The notes under the pieces were generated by a model. It saw only the letters and a program-made list of their open reading frames with translations. It was not told the DNA's origin and did not search any database. This document shows positions 10,721 through 20,499 of a DNA stretch of 64,000 nt, piece after piece. Made by a program: the position numbers and the translations under genes. The stretch lies in assembly GCF_988243305.1 (NCBI RefSeq), contig NZ_OZ547136.1, one strand, 5' to 3'. The first letter of the stretch is position 1; each line of letters opens with the position of its first letter.

Positions 10721-12868
10721 CTTATATTCGTATTCGTAATAGCCATAATCCTGATACGCGCTGGCGCGACGGAAGATGGAGTTCAGAATCACCCCTTTCA
10801 CCGGAATACCGTTTTGCTCAAAGCGGCTCAGACTGGTTTCCACTTCTTTCAATGTGTTGACCGCATAACGCGCCACCATTAACGTGGTTCCGACATGACG
10901 ACCAACAATTGCCGCATCGGTCACTGCCAGAATCGGCGGCGTATCAATCAACACCAGGTCATAGTTTTTACTCGCCCAGTTCACCAGTTCGGCAAAGCGT
11001 TCGCTCATCAACAGTTCAGAAGGATTTGGCGGTACCTGACCGCGCGGGATCAGGTCAAATTTGGCAATAGAGGTCGGTTTAGCAGCGGTAGTAATATCGC
11101 CCTGACCAATCAAAATTTCCGACAGGCCATTGACGTTATTGGTGCCCAACAGCTCGTGGGTGTAGCCTTTGCGCATATCGCAGTCGATCAACAACACCCG
11201 TTTATTGGTCTGACTGATCACCGCCGCCAGGTTAGCGCAGACAAAGGTTTTACCGATTGACGGGCTAACCCCGGTCATCATCAACACATTGTTCTGCGCC
11301 TGCATCATCGCGAAGTGCAGACTGGTACGCAGACTGCGGATGGCTTCAATCGCCAGATCGGTTGGATTCCCCACCGCCAGTAGCTGGCTCTGTTTATAGC
11401 GTTTAACCCCTTTGATGGTTTTGACGCTATCGCGCGCTTTCTGCCATTCCGACAGCGGGATGCTGGCATAGACGCTAATACCGTGTTCTTCCAGCACCTG
11501 TGGGCTTTCGATGCCGCGATTGAACAACGAGCGCAGCAGCACACCCACGATAGAGAGCATCAGGCCGAGGATAATCGCGCCGAGGATAATCAGCCCTTTC
11601 TTCGGTTTTAGCACGCCAGGCTGGGTGATTGCCGGGTCAACAATGCGCACATCGCCGACGGTGCTGGCCTCGGTGATTTTCAGCTCCTGCTCTTTATTCA
11701 GCAGTTGCATATAGACCTGTTGACCAGACTCGACATCGCGGGTCAGACGGACAATTTCCTGCTGGGTTTTCGGCATCGCCGTTACGCGACCGTTAAGTTT
11801 GGCTTTTTCGTCTTCCAGCGCCTGCCGTTTCTCCAGCAGCGTGCGGTACGCCGGGTGAACTTTGGTGTACAGCTTGGAGATTTCCGCTTCTTTAAAGGTC
11901 AGTTCGTTCAACTGCGCGTCGATGTTCACCATCGAATCGAGCACCGCTTTCGCTTCCAGCGGCAGATCAACAGAATCTTTATCCTGACGGAAGGCATTCA
12001 GTTTGTTTTCGGCAACATCGAGGCGGCTACGTACTTCCGGTAACTGTTGCGCGAGGAAAGCGAGGCTTTTCGACGCTTCCGCCGATTTGCGCTCAATATT
12101 TTGTTCCTGATAGTTACGGGCGATGCTGTTAAGAATGTCGCGGATCTGTTCGCGATCTTCACCGGTATAAGTCAGGCTCAAAACGCCAGCATCTTTGCCG
12201 TTCTCCGTTACCGTCAGGCTGTTTTGCAGTTGGTTGATCATCCCCAGCGTGGAGTATTTGGTGACGGTAAACTCACTGCCCGGGCTGGCGTGAATGGCTT
12301 CAACCATCAGCGTGACGCCTTCTTTTTTCAGCATCTGGCCCGCTTGCCCACGGGCGCTAAAGCCGCCATCACTGCTCAGGGTGTAGTTTTTGTCATCAAG
12401 CACATTAAGCGTAAACACCTGATCCGCCATCTCTTTCGGGCGGTTAAAGGTGGTCACTTTCACCGTCTCGTTCTGACGTCCCATCAGGCGATCCCAGCCC
12501 GCACCGAAAATCGGGAACGTGTTTTTGCTCACCGCAATATCGAGGTCGAGATCGTCCACCGTTTTACCAAGCACCAGACGCGAACGAATCAACTGGATCT
12601 CGGCGTCCGATGCTGGCGGTTTGTTGGCTAATGCCGAACCAATGTCCTGCACTAACGAATTGCCGCTGTTTTGCTCGATTTGTACCAGTGCGTCGGCACT
12701 ATAAATCGGCGTGGCGAAGAAGGTGTAAACCACGGCACAGAGGGCGAATACGGCAGTGATGCCAATTACCCACCAGCGCGCCTCAATGACGGTGCCAACC
12801 AGGCGACCAATATCGATTTCATCACTGCCCGTTACCGGAGCGGCATGTTGTTTTACTTTTTCTGTCAT
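10706..12868 (-). CDS. wzc: Tyrosine autokinase Wzc (polysaccharide co-polymerase with BY-kinase domain)
   Basis: ORF track gives 732 aa; I start at the internal MTEKVKQHAAPVTGSDEIDIGRL (720 aa, ATG at 12866-12868). Walker A GVSPSIGKT and a C-terminal Tyr-rich tail (YQDYGYYEYEYKSDAK). Confidence 0.92.
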   Translation of the reverse strand: MTEKVKQHAAPVTGSDEIDIGRLVGTVIEARWWVIGITAVFALCAVVYTFFATPIYSADALVQIEQNSGNSLVQDIGSALANKPPASDAEIQLIRSRLVLGKTVDDLDLDIAVSKNTFPIFGAGWDRLMGRQNETVKVTTFNRPKEMADQVFTLNVLDDKNYTLSSDGGFSARGQAGQMLKKEGVTLMVEAIHASPGSEFTVTKYSTLGMINQLQNSLTVTENGKDAGVLSLTYTGEDREQIRDILNSIARNYQEQNIERKSAEASKSLAFLAQQLPEVRSRLDVAENKLNAFRQDKDSVDLPLEAKAVLDSMVNIDAQLNELTFKEAEISKLYTKVHPAYRTLLEKRQALEDEKAKLNGRVTAMPKTQQEIVRLTRDVESGQQVYMQLLNKEQELKITEASTVGDVRIVDPAITQPGVLKPKKGLIILGAIILGLMLSIVGVLLRSLFNRGIESPQVLEEHGISVYASIPLSEWQKARDSVKTIKGVKRYKQSQLLAVGNPTDLAIEAIRSLRTSLHFAMMQAQNNVLMMTGVSPSIGKTFVCANLAAVISQTNKRVLLIDCDMRKGYTHELLGTNNVNGLSEILIGQGDITTAAKPTSIAKFDLIPRGQVPPNPSELLMSERFAELVNWASKNYDLVLIDTPPILAVTDAAIVGRHVGTTLMVARYAVNTLKEVETSLSRFEQNGIPVKGVILNSIFRRASAYQDYGYYEYEYKSDAK

Positions 12869-12870
12869 TC

Positions 12871-13314
12871 TTATACCTGCTCTGCGTTCAATGCCTGCGC
12901 CCACTGGCGGGCAGACCGTTCAAGTAATGTGTACACCGCTGCAAACGTTTCCCGGCTTTTGCGATACGGATCGGGGATTTCACATTCGTTATCCCAGTGA
13001 CCAAACAGCATCACTTTGCCGCGCATCTCAGGTGCCATCTCGCATAAGCGTTCGATATGGCGCTTTTCCATGGTCAAAATCAGGTCGTAGTTGCGACACA
13101 GGCGACGGCTGATTTGCCGTGCACAGTGACCTTCCAGAGACAGTTGATGTTCTGCGGCGACGCTGATAGCAGTAGGGTCAGCGCCCTTACCGACCAGCGC
13201 GCCGAGTCCAGCGGACTCCACTTTCAGCTCCGGGTGATAACGTTGCAGTAAGCGTTCCGCCGTCGGGGAACGGCAAATATTGCCGACACAGACAACTAAG
13301 ATGTTGTTAAACAT
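12871..13314 (-). CDS. wzb: Low-molecular-weight protein-tyrosine phosphatase Wzb
   Basis: 147-aa ORF MFNNILVVCVGNICRSPTAERLL containing the CxGNxCRS P-loop of LMW-PTPs. Confidence 0.93.
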   Translation of the reverse strand: MFNNILVVCVGNICRSPTAERLLQRYHPELKVESAGLGALVGKGADPTAISVAAEHQLSLEGHCARQISRRLCRNYDLILTMEKRHIERLCEMAPEMRGKVMLFGHWDNECEIPDPYRKSRETFAAVYTLLERSARQWAQALNAEQV

Positions 13315-13319
13315 GACGA

Positions 13320-14459
13320 TTACCAGTTATGAATGTCGCTGGCTGTATCCGTCATGTAACGGACACCGCTAATAGTTGGCAGCAACTGATTGATCAGACG
13401 GTTCCAGCGGGAAACCGGGGCGGTGGTGACATACACCACGTCATAAGGTTGCAGGCGGAATTCTGTCGCCATCACCAGCGACGTGGCATCGGACATATCC
13501 AGCTGGTAGATATTGGCAATCTTGCCGTTACGCCCACCCTCGCCTTTCAGCGGACGAATGACAAAGATGCCGCTGGCGTTGGAGGTGGTCATGTCGATGC
13601 CTTCAGCATTGCCCAGGGCTTCAGTCAGGGTCATGCCGCTAAAGTCCATTTTCAGGGTGCTCTGTTTTTTAACTTCACCCATCACAAATACTTTCAGATC
13701 ATCATTACGCGGCACGTAGAGAATATCGCCGGGGTAAAGCAGTCGGTTCTGATTGAGGTCGCCGTTTTGCATCAGCGCCTGCAAAGAAATGCGTTCTTCA
13801 CGACCATTGTGTGTTAGCACCACGTTGCGCCAGTCAGCGGTGTCGGTCAGACCACCTGCGGCGTTGATGGCATCGAGAATGGTCAGTGGTACGTTGGTGA
13901 TGGCCTGTTGACCGGATTTATTCACCTGACCTGAGATATACGCTTTTTGCGAGCGGAAGGCGGCGATATTAACGTCCACCTGCGGGTCAGCGATGTACGT
14001 CGCTAAGCGCCCGGTAATATCACTGCGGATTTCAGCGAGCGTTTTCCCCACCACGTGAACTTTGCCGATATACGGGTAGAACATGGTGCCGTCAGGCTGT
14101 ACCCAGTTGCCGGTGTCGCTGGAGCTGCGGTACTGACCGGCTGGCGTGGTAAGTTCCGGGTGATCCCAGACGGTGACATTAAGAACGTCCCCCGGCCCGA
14201 CGCGATACTGGTAATTCGCGATCTCGCTTTCCAGCGTCATATTGGGGCGCGCTACGTTGGGTCGTGGGCGTAATTGATCAATCAGGCGCGGGGTCAACGG
14301 ATAAACATTCACCATTTTGTCGAGATCGAAATCAGCGTCCTGCTGTTTGATGACGTCTTTGCCCATCGTCGACATATTGCTGCCCGGAAGTACTGTGCAA
14401 CCGCTTATCAAGGTTACTGACACCAATAATGGCATCAATTTCATTTTGGATTTCATCAT
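13320..14459 (-). CDS. wza: Outer-membrane polysaccharide export lipoprotein Wza
   Basis: 379-aa [26 protein letters not shown] (lipoprotein signal with lipobox Cys); first gene of the colanic acid operon. Confidence 0.93.
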   Translation of the reverse strand: MMKSKMKLMPLLVSVTLISGCTVLPGSNMSTMGKDVIKQQDADFDLDKMVNVYPLTPRLIDQLRPRPNVARPNMTLESEIANYQYRVGPGDVLNVTVWDHPELTTPAGQYRSSSDTGNWVQPDGTMFYPYIGKVHVVGKTLAEIRSDITGRLATYIADPQVDVNIAAFRSQKAYISGQVNKSGQQAITNVPLTILDAINAAGGLTDTADWRNVVLTHNGREERISLQALMQNGDLNQNRLLYPGDILYVPRNDDLKVFVMGEVKKQSTLKMDFSGMTLTEALGNAEGIDMTTSNASGIFVIRPLKGEGGRNGKIANIYQLDMSDATSLVMATEFRLQPYDVVYVTTAPVSRWNRLINQLLPTISGVRYMTDTASDIHNW

Positions 14460-14637
14460 TGTTTATTTATCACTTTGGCAGAGTAATTATCCTGTGCACT
14501 ATTAATAGCAATGTCGCCATGCACATTTACCTTGCAGTTAATTGAATAAAAATTTAACTGGCATCAGTCCTAAAAAAATTGATTTCATCCGCAGGCTATT
14601 GACAGAATAATTCAGACTGGTCTTTCAGGCATCCAGA

Positions 14638-14649
14638 CACGCTACCGCC
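14638..14649 (-). promoter_or_regulatory. ops element (GGCGGTAGCGTG) within a JUMPStart sequence in the wza leader; RfaH-dependent antitermination site
   Basis: Plus strand 14638-14649 reads cacgctaccgcc, whose reverse complement is GGCGGTAGCGTG, the 12-nt ops consensus. It lies about 180 nt upstream of the wza start on the coding strand. Confidence 0.75.
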
Positions 14650-15117
14650 CCTGGCTTTTTAGCTACCAATACACTGATTTAGCTTAATTTTTAAAACCCT
14701 CTCAACATACAGTCGTTGATGAGAAAGGGTTATTGCGGAAATTAACTTCCGAATATAAGGTGACATTATGGTAATTGAATATTGGCTCTCCAATAATGCA
14801 GGAGGAAGTGTTACAGCTAACGGAATAGCAGGCAAGGTAACAATTCGGCAATTGGCTATTTTTAAGAATTATATTAAGTGTCATTCAACATGGTTTTTAG
14901 GAGTTTCTTTAGGTTGACAATATTTAATATAGTGTCTCCACATGCGATATTTCTTAAATAATGTTTTATTATTACCACTTTTAATTCAGGGATAATGTGA
15001 GGTTATAAACCTCAAATAATATGAGATAAATAGTGCTGCAACATTGCATTTTTGCCCCGATTTATCCATGATCGAATTGTGACATTTGTCATACAACGAA
15101 TAGGTTTTGTACTTACT

Positions 15118-16701
15118 ATGGAATGGATTGCCGATCCGTCTATCTGGGCCGGGTTAATCACGCTGATTGTGATCGAACTGGTCCTCGGCATTGATAACCT
15201 GGTCTTTATTGCCATCCTCGCCGAAAAACTACCGCCGAAGCAGCGCGACCGCGCACGGGTTACCGGGCTGCTGCTGGCGATGTTAATGCGCCTGTTACTG
15301 CTGGCGTCAATCTCCTGGCTGGTCACCCTGACACAACCGCTATTCAGCTTTCGCTCGTTTACCTTTAGCGCCCGCGACTTAATCATGCTGTTTGGTGGTT
15401 TCTTCCTGCTGTTCAAAGCCACGATGGAGCTGAACGAACGGCTGGAAGGGAAAGACAGCAATAACCCCACGCAACGCAAAGGTGCGAAGTTCTGGGGGGT
15501 GGTGACACAAATTGTGGTACTGGACGCCATCTTCTCACTCGACTCGGTGATTACCGCCGTCGGGATGGTCGACCATTTACTGGTCATGATGGCCGCCGTC
15601 GTTATCGCTATTAGCCTGATGTTGATGGCCAGCAAGCCGTTAACGCAATTTGTTAACAGTCACCCGACGATCGTTATTCTCTGCTTAAGCTTCCTGTTGA
15701 TGATTGGCTTTAGCCTGGTGGCAGAAGGTTTCGGCTTCGTCATTCCGAAAGGCTACCTGTACGCTGCTATTGGTTTCTCGGTGATGATCGAGGCGCTCAA
15801 TCAGTTGGCTATCTTTAACCGGCGACGTTTTCTTTCCGCTAACCAGACACTGCGCCAGCGGACTACCGAAGCGGTAATGCGCCTGCTTAGCGGGCAAAAA
15901 GAAGATGCGGAACTGGACGCCGAAACCGCGTCCATGCTGGTGGATCATGGTAACCAGCAGATCTTTAATCCGCAGGAACGGCGGATGATTGAGCGGGTAC
16001 TTAATCTTAACCAGCGTACTGTCAGCAGCATTATGACGTCGCGCCACGATATTGAGCATATCGATCTCAACGCGCCGGAAGAAGAAATCCGCCAGTTGCT
16101 GGAGCGAAATCAGCATACGCGGTTGGTGGTTACCGACGGTGATGACGCAGAAGATTTGCTCGGTGTTGTTCACGTTATCGACCTGCTACAACAGTCACTG
16201 CGCGGCGAACCGCTCAACCTGCGGGTGTTGATTCGCCAGCCGCTGGTGTTCCCGGAAACCTTGCCGTTGTTACCTGCTTTGGAGCAGTTCCGTAATGCCC
16301 GCACACACTTTGCTTTTGTGGTGGATGAGTTTGGCTCGGTGGAAGGGATTGTGACATTAAGTGACGTCACGGAAACTATTGCCGGTAACTTGCCGAACGA
16401 AGTGGAAGAGATCGACGCCCGCCATGATATTCAGAAAAACGCCGACGGTTCCTGGACGGCGAATGGTCATATGCCACTGGAAGATCTGGTGCAATATGTG
16501 CCGCTACCGCTGGATGAGAAACGCGAATATCACACCATTGCCGGGCTGCTGATGGAATATTTGCAGCGTATTCCAAAACCTGGCGAAGAAGTTCAGGTGG
16601 GGGATTATTTGCTTAAAACGTTGCAGGTGGAAAGCCATCGCGTGCAGAAGGTGCAGATTATACCGCTGCGTAAGGATGGCGAGATGGAGTACGAGGTGTG
16701 A
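15118..16701 (+). CDS. yegH: Inner-membrane protein YegH (TerC-family integral membrane domain fused to CBS pair and CorC/HlyC-type transporter-associated domain)
   Basis: ORF track gives 549 aa; I start at [34 protein letters not shown] (527 aa, ATG 15118). Hydrophobic N-terminal half and soluble C-terminal half. Confidence 0.85.
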   Translation: MEWIADPSIWAGLITLIVIELVLGIDNLVFIAILAEKLPPKQRDRARVTGLLLAMLMRLLLLASISWLVTLTQPLFSFRSFTFSARDLIMLFGGFFLLFKATMELNERLEGKDSNNPTQRKGAKFWGVVTQIVVLDAIFSLDSVITAVGMVDHLLVMMAAVVIAISLMLMASKPLTQFVNSHPTIVILCLSFLLMIGFSLVAEGFGFVIPKGYLYAAIGFSVMIEALNQLAIFNRRRFLSANQTLRQRTTEAVMRLLSGQKEDAELDAETASMLVDHGNQQIFNPQERRMIERVLNLNQRTVSSIMTSRHDIEHIDLNAPEEEIRQLLERNQHTRLVVTDGDDAEDLLGVVHVIDLLQQSLRGEPLNLRVLIRQPLVFPETLPLLPALEQFRNARTHFAFVVDEFGSVEGIVTLSDVTETIAGNLPNEVEEIDARHDIQKNADGSWTANGHMPLEDLVQYVPLPLDEKREYHTIAGLLMEYLQRIPKPGEEVQVGDYLLKTLQVESHRVQKVQIIPLRKDGEMEYEV

Positions 16702-16934
16702 TGGTATCGCCATTTTACCCGATGCTGCGTAACGCCTTATAACTTCAGCAATGAAGCGATGTCTGTGGTACATGGACATCACAGCGGGGGTGTGGGTCCG
16801 GGTTGCCAGGGTGGTGGAGATTGAGCCACCCTGGCACGTTCACCGGCTTGAGCGTTCCATAGTAGCGAGGAACATCAAGTGAACGGAACAGCCTTCGATC
16901 TTACATATTCAGAATATAATGGTGCCGCCACGAA

Positions 16935-16972
16935 CGCCTGATGCGACGCTTTACGCGTCTTATCAGGCCTAC
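16935..16972. repeat. REP element downstream of asmA
   Basis: gcctgatgcgacgctttacgcgtcttatcaggcctaca palindrome. Confidence 0.7.
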
Positions 16973-16992
16973 AGGACAGGTCACCTGGTAAA

Positions 16993-18846
16993 CTACATCT
17001 TCTCCAGCAACTTCTTCACATCTTTGCCATTGCGGGAATCTTTATTCCGCTCGGCCCAGTCATTCAGGCGACGTTTCGCTTCGTCCTGTAGATGTTTGCG
17101 CAGCAGCTGGTCCACTTGCAGGCTGTAATTGAGTTGCTGCCAGTTGCCATAAACCCGCAGCGGTACTGGCGTTTCTTTGAGGAAATCAATCAGTTTGCTT
17201 TCTCCGTTCCATCCACCCACGACCCGAATATCAAACTGGGTGTCGCAGGTTTGCTCCGCCAGATTCAACGTACCAGCCCCGGAAAGCGCCAGCACAGGCG
17301 ATTGACCTTGCATGTCGTTTAACGTCACGACGCCATCCTTCAACGTCAAATAGGTGGTAAAGCGGTCAAGACGCGTCACGTTATCGAAGTTTTCAGCGGC
17401 CTTCACATCACCACCATTACGTTCTACCGCTTGCTGAATCATCTGCTGGAAGTTCATCCCTTCCATGCGTGTGTCGGTCATTTCGACATGTGCCTGTCCT
17501 TGCCAGTTGTGGCGGAATGCGTCGGCATCTATGTCAGCACCGGAGAAATCACCAGCCAGTGACATCTTTCCGGTCAACGAAATCGGATAGTTAAACGCCT
17601 TCAGAATGGTGCCTATCTCAACGTTTTCCAGCCGTGGCTGGAAGTTTATCCGCGGATTTATTGATGTCGCGTCCAGCGTGCCCGGCAGTGAAACCTGTCC
17701 ACCGTTAAGCTTGCCCTGCAGTTGAGTAATTTCCAGCAAACCCGACTTGTTGGTCATTTGCGTGGCAACATCTGTAAAATTCATTCCGCGCCAGCGCACG
17801 TTACTGGCCTGCAACAAAATATCAGCCGTAAAGCCTTGCAGTCCCTGATAGGCCGGTTCATCAATACGCGAAGAAATGACCGGGCGCGGCAACGTTGATT
17901 GGCTCTGCCCCTGCTGCGCGGCACCGTTTTCACCGTTCGCTGTTTCATTAAGCGGGATGAGGTTGTCAAGATTCAGTTGCGGGAATTGCAGTCTCAGCTG
18001 CCATTCCGGTTTCTCTGTCAACGTGACCTGTGCTTGCCCGCTCAGCGTACTGTCATTGGCGGTCAAACTAATTTGGTTAAATGAAAGGCGTTTATGTGAC
18101 TCCTGCCACTGGGCCTGGAAACTCCCCTGCCCCTGAATACCTTGTTTTGGTAAATCTGCACCCTGCAACTGCCAGTTAATTTGTTCAATAGCCGCCGTTA
18201 AATCATGCGGATAATCAGAAGCATCTACCGTACCGTTAAGGGATATCGTGAGATCGCGCTGATCGCGATTAACCCGCCCGGAGAACTCAAATGAGCCACG
18301 ATGTTGGGGATCTTGTTCCATTTGCAGACGGATATTGCGGATTGTCACCTGCTCGTCATCTTCATGCTGGAACACCAGCACGCTGTCCGCCACCTTAAGA
18401 CTGGATATATCAAACGACCATCCGCGATCGTCTGACAGATCCGGCAAGGTATTGTCGCGCGGTGCAACCGGAGCGTCTTCACTGCGCACCGCTTCCGTCT
18501 GCGGCGTCAGTTGGATCACTGCCCCTTTTAGCATCACCTGCTTAACGCTCAGTTGATGACTCAGTAGTGGTAAAAGCGCCACGTCCAGACGCATGTTGTC
18601 GGCGCGAACCAGTGGCTGGCTCGCGCCCTGGGCGGTGAGAGACATTCGCCCGGAGAGGATACTAAGCTGCGGCCAGACGTGCCAACGCAGTGGCCCGTCG
18701 AGCTGCAATTGATAACCGCTACGTGCAGCAACTTGCTTGACCATATAGTCGCGGAAATCATTCGGATTCACCAGCAACACTAACGCAGATAACCCGGCCA
18801 CCAGCACGACCAGGAGTATCATCAGCGTCGTCAGAAATCGTCTCAT
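16993..18846 (-). CDS. asmA: AsmA, outer-membrane protein assembly / AsmA-like lipid transport family protein
   Basis: 617-aa ORF MRRFLTTLMILLVVLVAGLSALVLLVNPNDFRDYM (N-terminal TM anchor); located upstream of dcd-udk as in E. coli. Confidence 0.88.
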   Translation of the reverse strand: MRRFLTTLMILLVVLVAGLSALVLLVNPNDFRDYMVKQVAARSGYQLQLDGPLRWHVWPQLSILSGRMSLTAQGASQPLVRADNMRLDVALLPLLSHQLSVKQVMLKGAVIQLTPQTEAVRSEDAPVAPRDNTLPDLSDDRGWSFDISSLKVADSVLVFQHEDDEQVTIRNIRLQMEQDPQHRGSFEFSGRVNRDQRDLTISLNGTVDASDYPHDLTAAIEQINWQLQGADLPKQGIQGQGSFQAQWQESHKRLSFNQISLTANDSTLSGQAQVTLTEKPEWQLRLQFPQLNLDNLIPLNETANGENGAAQQGQSQSTLPRPVISSRIDEPAYQGLQGFTADILLQASNVRWRGMNFTDVATQMTNKSGLLEITQLQGKLNGGQVSLPGTLDATSINPRINFQPRLENVEIGTILKAFNYPISLTGKMSLAGDFSGADIDADAFRHNWQGQAHVEMTDTRMEGMNFQQMIQQAVERNGGDVKAAENFDNVTRLDRFTTYLTLKDGVVTLNDMQGQSPVLALSGAGTLNLAEQTCDTQFDIRVVGGWNGESKLIDFLKETPVPLRVYGNWQQLNYSLQVDQLLRKHLQDEAKRRLNDWAERNKDSRNGKDVKKLLEKM

Positions 18847-18867
18847 GGTATCCTCAATGGGCCTGAA

Positions 18868-19449
18868 TTAGTCTTTATCGATTCGGCTGGCTACCGCGCC
18901 CTGCTGGTTGCGATATTTCGCATCTTCACGGCGGTTGTAAGGTCGCGCCGCCGGGCCGGAAAGCGGCTCAAAGCTCAGCGCACCAATTAACATGCCCGGA
19001 CGCAGCGCCAGCGGCAGCTTACCGGAGTTGTAGAACTCCAGCACAATACAGCCAGACCAGCCCGGATCGATACGGTGCGCGGTGACGTGCACCATAAGCC
19101 CCAGACGCGCCAGTGAGGAACGACCGTCCAGCCATCCCACCAGATCGGCTGGCAGCGTCACCGACTCCAGCGTCACCGCCAGCGCCAGCTCTCCTGGGTG
19201 AAGATAAAACGCCTCGCTTTCATCGAGTACGATCTCATCGCTCATCACGCGGTCAAGCGCGGCGCTCACTTCATCTTTGGGACCGCTCAGATCGATAAAC
19301 GCTGCCGTGTGACCACGGAAGGTACGAAATTTATTGCCCAGGCGCACATCCACCGTCGCGCCATTAATACGCTCCACTGGCGGACGTGGGTTGATCGACA
19401 AACGGCCTTCATCAAGCCAGGCTTCAATATCTCGGTCACACAGACGCAT
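18868..19449 (-). CDS. dcd: dCTP deaminase
   Basis: 193-aa [41 protein letters not shown], a canonical Dcd N-terminus. Confidence 0.93.
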   Translation of the reverse strand: MRLCDRDIEAWLDEGRLSINPRPPVERINGATVDVRLGNKFRTFRGHTAAFIDLSGPKDEVSAALDRVMSDEIVLDESEAFYLHPGELALAVTLESVTLPADLVGWLDGRSSLARLGLMVHVTAHRIDPGWSGCIVLEFYNSGKLPLALRPGMLIGALSFEPLSGPAARPYNRREDAKYRNQQGAVASRIDKD

Positions 19450-19540
19450 GGCATTTTCTCCTTTCGTGCATCACTCCCTTAACGCCAATTACGTCAAGGG
19501 CATACCAGGTTATCACTGAACGGTACACAATTTATCAAGC

Positions 19541-20182
19541 TTATTCAAAGAACTGACTTATTTTCGCTTTCAATATATCGATGGCGATGCGGTTTTTCCC
19601 GCCGCGCGGCACGATAATGTCCGCATATTGTTTAGAAGGCTCAATGAATTGCAGGAACATCGGACGCACGGTTTTTTGATATTGCGCCATCACTGAATCC
19701 ATTGAACGCCCACGCTCGTTAACGTCACGCTTGATGCGGCGCATCAGGCAGATATCCAGCGGGGTATCAACGAAAATTGAGAAGTTAAGTTCATCACGCA
19801 AACGCGCATCCGTTAGCAGCAAAATGCCTTCGAGAATGATGACTTTCTTCGGCTCAACCGTCACCGTTTCTTTCATACGCGTATGTTCAACATAGCTGTA
19901 AACCGGCAGGTCAATTGCCGAGCCGCGTTTCAACGCTTGTAAATGCTCAAGCAGCAGGCTGTGATCCATCGCGCTGGGATGGTCGTAGTTGGTCTTAACG
20001 CGTTCTTCCATCGACAGATGGCTTTGATCTTTGTAATAGCAGTCTTCGGGAATTACGCCGATGTGTTCATCACCGACTTGCTCACGTAATTCACGATAAA
20101 GGGTACTGGCAATAAGACTCTTGCCGGAAGCCGATGCGCCAGCGATACCGATAATGACGCACTGATGAGACTGATCAGTCAT
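19541..20182 (-). CDS. udk: Uridine/cytidine kinase
   Basis: ORF track gives 234 aa; I start at [26 protein letters not shown] (213 aa, ATG 20180-20182), with Walker A GASASGKS. Confidence 0.92.
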
Positions 20183-20499
20183 ATATTTAGCGACCTGATT
20201 AACCTGGATGTTAGGAAGGGGGCGACGAAGCGCCAAACGCGGCAATTATAGGGATTTCATCCGCCTGATACCAGTCGAATAGCGTTGCCGCGCGCTCAGA
20301 GTTAATTGTTGACAAAGAATTCCCGGTGGCAAATTACGTTGATCAGTTTTATACAAGGTAAAAAATGTTATACGCCGTTGCGCAAATTATCCGCCTTTAC
20401 GTCACTTTATGAGCAATTCGCATATAAAATGTAAAACTTTTGTACTAGCATAAACACAGAAACGAATACTGGCGACCTGGTCTTGCGGATAAAGCGGTA

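Noticed and set aside
14941-14960. Possible RcsAB box upstream of wza (minus-strand TTAAGAAATATCGCA; also TAAGAATTATATTAAG on the plus strand near 14861).
   Set aside because: Only the TAAGAA half resembles the RcsAB consensus as I remember it; I cannot place the box or the wza promoter confidently without a motif scan or a reference alignment.
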